Made by a program: the position numbers and the translations under genes. Below are positions 1 to 10,515 of a stretch of DNA of 62,000 bases, one piece after another. The number at the start of each line of letters is the position of its first letter. The first letter of the stretch is position 1. The DNA is taken from NCBI GenBank assembly GCA_013239625.1, contig MU054037.1, positions 124,001 through 186,000 of the forward strand. The letters are read 5' to 3'. This DNA is from Lama guanicoe. Lineage: Eukaryota. Under the pieces are notes generated by a model, which was not told the origin of the DNA, searched no databases, and saw only the letters and a list, made by a program, of their open reading frames with translations.

Positions 1-331
1 ACATAAATTTGATTTCATTGATTTCTAGTTCATGTTTTTTCTACATTATTTCTTCATCATGAGAATTTGTGCCTAAAGCCAATTAAACCATAAGACATTT
101 TTCTTAGAATTATACCATAAGCCATTAAATTTGTAACCATTAAAGATTGTTTTTGTCTCTCTATAAAATATGTTCTCCATTATATTTTCAATCATAATTT
201 AATAAGGGCAGGGGCTCAGTTTTTAGTTTCGGCATCTCTGTTATCTGCACAGTGCACAGTAGCATTGTATGTGCTTAATAAATTTGGTGCTTTAATAAAT
301 CTAAGTCTGTACAAGACTCTCTGTTTTCTTT

Positions 332-453
332 GGGGAGGATTAGGTTTATTTTATTTATTATTTATTTGTTTATTTTAATGGAGGTACTGAGGATTGAATT
401 GAGGACCTCAAGCATGCTAAGCACACACTCTACCACTGAACTATACCCTCCCC
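332..453 (-). mobile_element. Vic-1-like camelid tRNA-derived SINE
   Basis: Reverse complement reads GGGGAGGGTATAGTTCAGTGGTAGAG...TTCAATCCTCAGTACCTCC, then (AAAT)n and AAACCTAAT; Pol III A/B-box-like head; same element at 42625 and 54310. Confidence 0.85.
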
Positions 454-899
454 ACTACAAAATTCTTTCTTTATTTTAATAAATGTTTCAGAGTTAGAGC
501 ATTTGCCATTTCTAATAAAAACTAATTATACCAAATGAAAGTCCAGGGGTACTTCTCCAGGCCCAGTTTAGACTACATATCTAAAAAGAAATATTGGTTT
601 GATATTTATCCTATTGTGATAAAATTGTTTTTAAGTGATATGATGAGATAATTGTAAAACTCAACAATTTTACAATGGGTTTATGACTATCTTGGCATCA
701 TTGTTTTGGAGAAAATGAAAAAGAACCTGTCTACAGAACATCCTACGAACTACAGAATAGAAAACAGACCATCAAAGCTAGAAGGAGAAAAGAATGATCG
801 AGGGGAAGATTCAGAATGGGTGAGGGGAAAAACAGACAAGCACCTGAACAGGTCAAGGAAAGCCTCACTCCAGAACATGACCTCACTGCTTCCACTGCT

Positions 900-1295
900 A
901 ACACACTGGGCCAAGCCACATTATCACTCATTTGGTTTATTGTGATAGCCCTCTCACTGGTCTCCCAGATTCTGCTCTAAACCCTGTTCAGTCCATTCTC
1001 TAATTAGCACCCATAGTGATTCAGTTAAAACCATACCAGACAAAACATACCATTCTTCTTCTCAGAACCCTCCACTGGCTCCCATCTCACTCCAAGCATA
1101 ATTGAAGTCCTATCCATTGCCTACCAGTTCCTACCGGCTTGCTCCCCATCACCTCTCTGACTTTCTTTCCTACTGTTTTCCTCTCCATGCTACCTCTACT
1201 CTAGCCTCAGAGTCTTTGCACCTGCTGTTCCTTCAGCCTAGAATTCTATTCTCCCAAATATCCCTCTAGTTCTATGCTAAACTACTACCTTCTAC
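900..1295 (+). mobile_element. Ancient L2 LINE fragment
   Basis: Pyrimidine-rich sequence resembling the L2 3' region (e.g. CCCTCCACTGGCTCCCATCTCACTC); boundaries approximate. Confidence 0.5.
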
Positions 1296-1304
1296 TCCAG
1301 CACA

Positions 1305-2470
1305 AGATTGCAATCTCTAAATACTATTTTACAATTAAATGAACCAAGACTCTTGGGGAAAATGGTTGATTCCAAGTCTGAGGCAGGAAGTGTGAGACTG
1401 GAATATTTTATCATACCAGAAATCAAGGACACTATCTAAAACTACTAGGGTCATTCCAAAAGGACTCAGGAGCCAACTTTAAGTGGTAAAAAATATGAGC
1501 AGCAATAATAAATAATAATTAAAATGGGTTAAAACAGATTAGATATGCTGATGCCCACATATTCATAATGATACTATAAAGAAATCATTGTTCACCTTTG
1601 GAACCAATTCATTATTCCAAAAACAAATAAATAAAAGGGGAAAATATCAAAGCTCAACATGCCTTTTGCTGCATGAACTGTACCACAAAACAGCCAAATA
1701 GTTGATGAGGAAGTTCCTCCTTAAAGTATTCCAGATAATGAAAGAATAAAATTTGAATATCACCATTGTGCAAACACCAAATAAAGTAATGAATCTAAGC
1801 ATAATCATCAATGGCTGATTACACCACAAAAGTTGGTACCAACATTCATTGAGGGCCTTCTGATGGAGGCACATACCACACCCTCTGAAGCAGCCTTACC
1901 AAAATATTGAAGCCTCTAGATCTAGCTACCAGTTTACAGGAAATACAAGGGCACAGAAAACCATGCTAAAAGGCACCACAGGAATGCAATCAATAAAATT
2001 TAATCTGGAGGAAACACTATAAAATAACTCAATGTTTTTAACAAATAAGTTGCAGAGGAAAAAAAAAAAAAGAGGATGAGGTACCTATAGACCAAAAGAG
2101 ATTTAAATATATATATCAAGAAAATTCAATATCTGGGCTTGAAGTCCTGGCTTAAATCATTGTAAACGAAGCGCCAAGACAATTGAAGAAATCTGAACAC
2201 TGATTGGATATTTTATAATATTAAACAACTGTTAATTTTTTCAGGTGTATATAGTATTGTGGTTATAATTTTTCAAAAGTCCATATCTTTTGGAGAGAGA
2301 TCTACAGAAGAAATCTGATATTGGCTTCAAAAAGAGGAGCAGTAGATTAGGTATAAATAATACAAAATTAGGGATTGGGTTGAAGTTGGATAATGGGTAC
2401 ATAGGGTTTTGATTTACTGTTTTCTCTACTTTGTATGTTTAAAATTTTCTGCAATGAAAGGTAATAAAAA
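1305..2470 (+). mobile_element. Old L1 (L1MC-like) 3' UTR fragments
   Basis: Motifs such as GGGGAAAATGGTTGATTCCAAG and a terminal TTTTCTCTACTTTGTATGTTTAAAATTTTC with A-rich end; resembles 9500-10515. Confidence 0.55.
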
Positions 2471-4099
2471 AAATGTTAGGTGTAAAAGGGGAGAGTATCT
2501 GATGATTTGCTATAGTTATATGAGGGAATTGTTTCAGGGTTTTAAGGAACAGGATTGAATATTTACTGAGTCGGCAGCCATATGCAAAATTGGCGTTGGG
2601 TTGGGGGCAGTGCTGAAGGACAGAAAGGTTCGGTTAAAAAAAATTGCTATAATTTGGTAAGATGATCATCACAAAATAGGCTGAGCATTCCATTTAAGGA
2701 AAAAACAGTCAGATGAAAGAGAGTATTTGCATGAAAAATAAAAGTAATTAAACAACAAACTGGTCAAAGATAAAAAGCTGTTACACCAGAGTAAGCCAGA
2801 AAAGTATATTCACTGTGCATTTTATCTGTAGCGCAATAATGAGGCAACAATATCAAAATTTTCTTAGATGTCTTTGTGGAATATAACATGAGATGTAGAA
2901 ATTAGAAAGGATCATACACTCTTTCCAAAATGCAATATCCATGGTGTGGTTTGACAACTTGACACACTCTACATACATCCAACAGTGACCAAAGAGGAGT
3001 AACATAAATTGGACGAAGTAGTGGTAGTTTCTACATCACTGGGGGGTGGGAGGAGCTGGTGGGATAGGGTGGAGGATGGGCATTCTGGTCTCTACGTTGT
3101 TTCTAATTCTCCATTAAAACAGAAGTCTATTGATAAAACTCATGAAAGGAGGTACTCTGGTTTTATGTAGCTTAAAATAAATGACCAGAGTAACTATTGT
3201 ACAAAACGACATGTTTTCCTAATTCCAAGAATGCCTATATTTATCCATTCAGCTTTTATTATATTTGAATTTACCAAAATGTTCTTTGTAACATTTGACA
3301 CAGTGTTCAAAACGTTATGTCCTTTTGATATTATTTAAAGAGTTCTTACTCATGGCTGGTATCAAGGCTAAAAGGAGACTGTAAAAGAATGGGGTTTTAT
3401 AATTGATAGGGATGCCACAGGCATGGTGAATTATAGTACTTCAAGAATCGCACAGTAAAATGGTAAATGTTGTATGGCAGTTGACAAATCTAATCTCGGG
3501 AATTCAATAGATTTTTTTCCCACCAGCTACTCACTGAAACCCAATCTTCTTATACCCCCTGTAAACCAAGACACTAAGTCAGTACTATTCGGTGTTTGGC
3601 ATAAAAATAAGAAACAAAATTTGCCAGCACTTTTTGAAAATCATATCAAATTTTCTTGATACTATTTGACATTGTGCTTTGACAATCTATCAGCACTATA
3701 CGCACATGTCCTATCCAAAAAACCTCAAATGGATTAGATTAACTCAATCATGTTTGTAGTTCTCCACCATCAATAATAACTTCTGCCCCCACTCCATCTG
3801 CCTACTTACAGGTATTCAGAGATAAGAAGAACCCCCGTGAGGGGCAGGAAATAGGCAATAGGGGTGGACCTAAAAGTACTCTGACAGTATTTAGAACGCT
3901 CACTGGTTCAGAAAATGCTCCTTCCCTTCTTTTAAGGAGAGGCATAGGAAAGGCACTCTCTCAGAGCAGAGCCATGGTTCTCAACCCTGGCTGCAGGTGG
4001 GGATGTGGTCCAGAGTAGGGCTTAGGCAAGGATTTCTTTTCAAAGGGCTCCAGTGATTTAAATGTGCTGCCAGGGCTTTCAAGTTAAGGAAATACAGGT

Positions 4100-4290
4100 T
4101 TGCATCTTCACTGTGTGAAATCAGACAAGTTAGTAAGCCTCGCTGAACCTTACTTTCTTTATCTGTGAAATAAAGTTTCTTTTTTTAAATCTACTTCATA
4201 GAGTCGGTATAGGGGAAAAAGGGAAGTAAGTTTTTAAGAACTCCCAACAGACACCCCAGCATGTAGTTGGTCCTCAACAAGTTTGAGTTC
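4100..4290 (+). mobile_element. MIR SINE
   Basis: Core-like GACAAGTTAGTAAGCCTCGCTGAACCTTACTTTCTTTATCTGTGAAAT. Confidence 0.55.
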
Positions 4291-4562
4291 CTTTCTTCCT
4301 CATTTGTATGCTAGATATATGTTCAGATTAAATAAAACATGTCTTCCCTTCTTGTGTCTGTTACCTTTTCCCCCTTCAATATCTTCCATTTATTTTTCAG
4401 AAGTAACCTCAGGGTAACTGAGGGAAATGAGAAAAGTTTTTTTCCTTCCTACAGCACAAAGGACCGCTCCACCTCTGTTCCCCAAATTTAATGTGATCCT
4501 GTATATCCAACAGTAACTGTGGGACTGGGGTCATGCTGAGAGAGGTGGGGGGGGGGTGTACT

Positions 4563-6228
4563 GAAAGTTGCAGCCAGAGAACAGCCGGTCTTACAAGCTG
4601 CAGTTCTCCTACCTGATGGCCAGCCTCTCCCAACGGTGCCATCATATACACCTGAAGAGGTCAAATGGGCTAAACACAAGGGGCTAGAAAAGAATCTCTC
4701 GGGGTGGCTAACAAAAGATAATAAGCTTCTCATTCCTGGGGATGAACAATGGAAAATAATTAAGCATCTCTACCAGTGCACCCACCTAGGGTGGGACTCC
4801 ATGCTCAGACTAATCTCTCAAGTGTTCCTAGGCAAGGGGCTGTCGCAAATGGTTAAGGAAGTCACTAGGTCCTGTGAACTTTGTGCCCGCAGTGACCCAC
4901 GGAGTCACCCTATACCCCCACCTCTACTCCGGCGCACATAACATCAGGGAACTTATCCAGGGGAAGATTGGCAAATGGACTTTACCCAGATGCCCTCTTG
5001 TAAGCAGTGGAAATACCTGTTGGTATTCACAGACACCTTTACAGGATGGGTAGAAGCTTCCCCACCAGAACAGAAAAAGCAATAGAAGAGTCAAAATTTT
5101 GGCTCAAAGAAATAATCCCAAGATCTGGGCTACCAAAAAGCTTACAGAGTGATAATTGACAATCCTTTACTACCAAGGTGACTGAACAGGTTTCCTCCTC
5201 TCTGGGTGTTACGGAAATGACAGGCCAGCAAGAAAGAAGCACCATTCAGAGGGTTGGAGTACTCAGATTTATTACGCTGGCGGGCTCAGAGGGGTTTCTG
5301 CTTCAAAGCGCTGAGCACCTCCAAGACGTGTGCATGGGGTTTTATAGGGTTAATTACAAGCCTGGGGCTATTAGCCAATAAGGCTTGAACAGCAAAACCA
5401 AGGAATCAGTACACTGGAACTTACCTATTAGGAATAGATCACGTTACTGACACTTGTTGAGCTTGGATTTACGAGTTAGCTTGTTAGCCCAGTAAACTGA
5501 CACTAAACTTCAGATTTACAAGTTAGCCCAGCAGAAGTTAGATCAGTAAACTGACACTTATCACATTTAGATTTATGAGTTATCTTGTTAGCCCAGCCCG
5601 GCTTTTCCTTCACATGGGTATTAATTATCACCTCCACTCGTCCTGGAGGCCTCAATCCTCAGGCAAGGTAGAAAAGGCCAATCATGTTCTAAAGAGAACA
5701 CTTACTAAGCTATGTCAGGAGACTTCAGAAACCTGGGTCCCCTTCCTGCCTATAGCCCTTCTTAGAATAAGGACGGCCCCTAAGGGAATTTTAAAACTTA
5801 GCCCATTTGAAATGATGTATGGAAGGTTCTTTTTAACTTCAGATTTCCAGTTTGATGAGGAAACTCATAGATTAGTTTCCCACCTTGTTAGCTTAAGTCA
5901 AGTTCAAGAGGCTCTCCAAGAATATGGAAACAAAGTGTTGCCCTTTCCCACAAAGAAAAAGGTTGAAATCCCTGTCCAATCAGGGGACTTTATCTTACTA
6001 AAAACTTGGAAGGAGGAGTACCCTGAAGACCAGCTGCAACCAAAATGGAAGGGACCGTATCAGGTATTACTGAGCACCCCAACTGCCATTAAGCTACAAG
6101 GAATTGCTAGTTGGGTATATCTGTCAAGAATAAAACCTGTAATTTATAAGCCCCAACAGGAGCCAGGAGAGACCTACACTTGCGAGGCAATACAAGACCT
6201 CAGGTACCTGTTTAAGAAAAACAAATAA
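4563..6228 (+). pseudogene. Degraded ERV1 (gammaretrovirus-like) pol: RNase H end and integrase, split by a solo LTR
   Basis: Translation shows HHCC (HLYQCTH...CELC), PGEDWQMDFT, DTFTGWVEA, LQSDN, HSSWRPQSSGKVE and GPY (WKGPY) integrase motifs; stops at 4939-4941 and 5157-5159 and a frameshift near 5060. Confidence 0.93.
5207..5614 (-). mobile_element. Solo ERV1-type LTR inserted in the integrase
   Basis: TG...CA termini; 4-bp TSD TGGG (5203-5206 and 5615-5618); minus-strand TATAAAA (5346-5340) and AATAAA (5273-5268); removing it restores the frame S-L-G-I-N-Y. Confidence 0.92.
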
Positions 6229-6594
6229 TATCATGTAGCAGTGATTACAAATGTTTAACCATGCCTTTTAAGTCTTTTTGTTGTTACAGACTGTCAAAGT
6301 GTTGTTGCAAAGGTGCTTCATCTTTAAGAAAATTCATCAGAAGTCAATAGAAACAGGGATTACAGCAGCCCCACATCAAATGATGGCTATGGGAGGAGTC
6401 CAGCCCCTCAGCCTTTGCATGCAAAAACAAAAGGCTGTCCTGCCCCTGGGGCCCCTAGATTATGCATTCAGAGATTTTCACTCCCTGATAGGCAGGGTCA
6501 ATGCCCCTACTCAGCCTGGAAGCAGTTTCAGAAGACGGACCTTCACCCCTCTGCAACCCCATAAGATTATAGGAGTAAAATTCTGAGGGGGGAA

Positions 6595-7210
6595 TGGGAC
6601 AGGAAGGGGGCAAGGCACAGCCATTCAAATAATGCCACAGCAATTAACATCAAAATGGTGAAAGATTCAACCCCCAGTAGGCCTTGAGTCTCAGGATGAT
6701 GAGAGATTTAACTTCTAGCAGATCTTGAGCTTCATTATACTCCCATTATAATATATTAACATGGTGAATAATATGCCTACGGGCACCATGGCAGTCCAAA
6801 AGCTAGCCACAAAAGGTCAAAGAGTGGGAAATGGCCAACTTTCTGGGAATCCCAGCCCCTTCTCCAGGCTACTTGGACTGGTCCTTCTACTTATTAGCAT
6901 ATGAAGCCACTGAGCCCATAAAAATTAGCAACATGGTGCCTCTCTCTCCCTCTTTGGAGACAGCCCGCATTCTGTCTTTGGAATGTGTACCTACTTTTAA
7001 TCTGAGCACCCAACCCCCACACCTCGTGGCCTTTCTCTTGCCTTTCAATGTATCTCTCTGAATAAATCTACCTTCACTCAATTGTGGCTCGCTCTTGAAT
7101 TCTTTCCTGCATGAAGACAAGGACCCACACTTGGCGGGGCACATTCCAGCGGTTCAACCGAAGCCTGGGACATGGCCCTCCTTACTCCCCACATCTGTTT
7201 TCCTGCATCA
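6595..7210 (+). mobile_element. 3' LTR of the ERV1 provirus
   Basis: Follows polypurine tract GAGGGGGGAA (6585-6594), starts TG, AATAAA at 7061-7066, ends ...TGCATCA (3' end less certain). Confidence 0.85.
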
Positions 7211-8062
7211 GTATGACCAGGGGTCACACATATCTTTGTCTTTTCAAGATAAGCAAGTGGCCTTGATAATCAAGGAGGAATGCCCTGAACTCTGAGCTAG
7301 GGGAAGCCCTTGAATGTTACAGAATGGTCAGCTCTTTCAAAGGGGAAGTATATGACCAAACAGTTGCACCAGAAGAAGGCATGCCTAGAGCACGCAGCAC
7401 AGCAAAGTCAAGCAGAGCAGACATTCAATAAGGAGCTTGCAGAATTGAAATAAAGATCCAAAACTACAGGCGAACGCCTAACCTGATCCCAGTAGTTGAA
7501 GCTGTGTTGTTTAGGCATTATCTTAGTTTACATCAAATATTTCACAACTGAGTCATAACCACTCTTATTTGAGCTACAACAACAACTACACCTCACTTCC
7601 TCTGCATTAGCTGAAATTGCTTATATTTTTTTGTCGAAACATCCCATTATCTCCTTCATCCTTCTACCCCTACACCACGTGCCCCTATTCCTCCAAATGT
7701 CTCAGAGGTTTGCAGACACAGTGAGTAAACTGTCCCTTTGTTAAAAATGATGAAAATTTTATTGCTGTTTCAAGAAGCAGGCCCCAAATTCATGAATTTC
7801 AGGTATAATAAATGATAACAGCTATAACATCTTTAGGGTCAAAGACATTCATTTCCAAAAAAAGTATTCACTATCTATGAAAGTCCAATCAATTTATAAA
7901 AGCTCCAAATATTTTTTTAAATAAGTGTCAGGTTTATTAGGTAGATTTAAGTTGAAGCCTTATCCATTAATAAGATTCTCTCATGATTTAGTCATCCTTC
8001 CCTTCCTGATACACAGAGGGAAACACCCTTACAAATGGGGGTTTCCTTATAAATATAAATTT

Positions 8063-8693
8063 TCTTTTTTTTTTTTACAATTTTATTGATTCATAATCAT
8101 TTTACAGTGTTGTGTCAAATTCCAGTGTTCAGTACAATTTTTCAGTCATACATGGACATATACACACTCATTGTCACATTTTTTTCTCTGTGAGTTATCA
8201 TAACATTTTGTGTATATTTCCCTGTGCTATACAGTGTAATCTTGTTTATCTGTTCTACAATTTTGAAATCCCAGTCTATCCCTTCCCACCCTCTACCCTG
8301 CCCCCCCCCGGTAACCACAAGTCTGTATTCTCTGTCCATGAGTCCATTTCTGTCCTGTATTTATGCTTTGTTTTTGTTTGTTTGTTTGTTTTTGTTTTTT
8401 AGATTCCACATATGAGCGATCTCATATGGTATTTTTCTTTCTCTTTCTGGCTTACTTCACTTAGAATGACATTCTCTAGGAGCATCCATGTTGCTGCAAA
8501 TGGCATTATGTTGTCGGTTTTTATGGCTGAGTAGTATTCCATTGTATAAATATACCACATCTTCTTTATCCAGTCACCTGTTGATGGACATTTAGGTTGT
8601 TTCCATGTTTTGGCTATTGTAAATAGTGCTGCTATGAACATTGGGGTGCAGGTGTCATCCTGAAGTAGATTTCCTTCTGGGTACAAGCCCAGG
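8063..8693 (-). mobile_element. Young 5'-truncated L1 (ORF2 C-terminus, 3' UTR, poly-A)
   Basis: ORF 8399-8686 (-) has L1 ORF2 C-terminal motifs (TCTPMFIAALFTIAKTWKQPKCPS, WYIYTMEYYSAIK); poly-T at 8065-8077. Confidence 0.93.
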
Positions 8694-8754
8694 CAAATAT
8701 TTTTAAAGTATTTTTAAATTTAAAAATTTTTTTTAAAAGTTAAATTTAAATTGA

Positions 8755-10515
8755 GTTGGTAAGCAGATCAGTGGTTGCCCGAGATTCACTGGGTTTGGGG
8801 GAGATCTGAATAGATGAAGCACAGAGGATTTTTAAGGGTGGTGAAACCATTCAGTGTAATACTGTAATGGTGGACATATGACAATTCATTTATCAAAATC
8901 TATAGAAATTTAGAGGCCAAAGAATGGACCCTAATGTAAACAAATTTTTTTAAAAAATCACCCAGGAGGTTAAGGGATCCCTGAATGGAATGTAGATTGT
9001 GACAAAAAAAATCTAACTCTATTACAAATGTATGAAAGAGCCTCATTGACGGGAGTAGGGGAAAGGGTACTGATTTGAGTCACTTTGGAAATGAGTGAAG
9101 TTTGTAAGACTGAAGGCAAAAGGACCTATACCAAAACATATTACTCTTCTTGATAAAAATGTTTCCCATGGGAATACAGGTTCATAATTCTGAGTCCAAT
9201 ATGTACACATACTGGAATTGGACAATTAAGTAAATGGATGACAGTAGGAATCAGGGTTCTCACTGTTGGAGTGGAAGGTTACGGACAGTCAAAGGGAGGT
9301 GGCTAGAATGGTCCACTGGTAATGGACTAGAGTTGGAGACATCAGAATGAACTCACGTTTAGTTTAATTTACAGATGGATAAATATAGCAACATTTATAG
9401 TTGTATGTATATACAACTTGCTCTGTCAGCTGAGAGGGTTTCTAAGCAATGATACCCAAGTAGCAGTGAACATCCCTAGCTCCCAGAGCCTTGTGTTCTA
9501 AAACATTCTCCAATAAAAGGAACAGGAACTCCCTGGAGAAATGGCTGATACAAGACTAGAGCATGTGAGCCTAGAGCATATTTTAGAGCCAGAATGTAAG
9601 GAAGTAATCAAAAAACCCCACTGTTATGGGGGATCTCAAATTGACATAGGAGCCAACTCTGAGGGCTCTCAACAGACAAAACTGGAAATAAAATAATATT
9701 CAATTATAACCCAAAGTATAAATAAATATCCATGAATCTATACTGATATAAATAAATTATTGAATGAATAAATAAATGAGGGAAAATAAACAAACCTCCT
9801 GTACAGAAGAATTCAAAATAATTTATATAGATACTCCATCCTCTAGGGGGTAAAGCATAACTCCCCACTCCTTAAGTGTGGGCTGCACATAGTGACTACT
9901 TTCCAAAGAGTGGAGTATGGGAAGGGAGAGAGGAAGAGTGATTTTACAGTAAAGAAATTTGACAAACACTGTTTCATCCAGGTGATCAAGATCAATACCA
10001 ACAGTGGTGTCATGCTGAAAGTACATATCATTGGTAGGATGTGATGAAAATGGCACTTCACCTCTGTCGTCTTCCTCTAAAAAAACACATAATCACAGTA
10101 TAATCAAGGGCAATACCTCAGATAAATCCCAATTTAGGGACATTCTACAAAATATCCAACCAGGACTTCTCAAAACTGTTAAGGTCATCAAAAACAAGGA
10201 AAGTCTGAGAAAATTTCACAACCAAGAGTAGCCTAAGAAGATAAGAAGCTTAAATGTAATGTGGGATCCTAGATGGGACTGTGGGACAGAAAAGGGACAT
10301 TAAGTTAAAAATAAGGAAATGTGAATAAAGTATAGATTTTAGTTTGAAATAATGTATTAATATTAGTTCATTGATTGTAACAAATTTATCACACTAATTT
10401 AAGATGTTAATAATAGGGGAAACTGGGTATGGAGTGTATGAGAACTTTCTCTACTATCTTTAAAATGTTTCTGTAAATCAAAAACTATTCTAAAATTAAA
10501 ACTTTATTTTAAAAA
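8755..10515 (+). mobile_element. Old L1 (L1MC/MD-like) 3' UTR
   Basis: AGATCAGTGGTTGCC start; terminal AAGATGTTAATAATAGGGGAAACTGGGT...CTGTAAATCAAAAACTATTCTAAAATTAAA typical of L1M 3' ends. Confidence 0.7.

Noticed and set aside
6278..6586. 102-aa ORF after pol as a possible env or accessory gene
   Set aside because: Starts at TTG, has no signal peptide, furin site, ISD or TM; at most a remnant of the env tail
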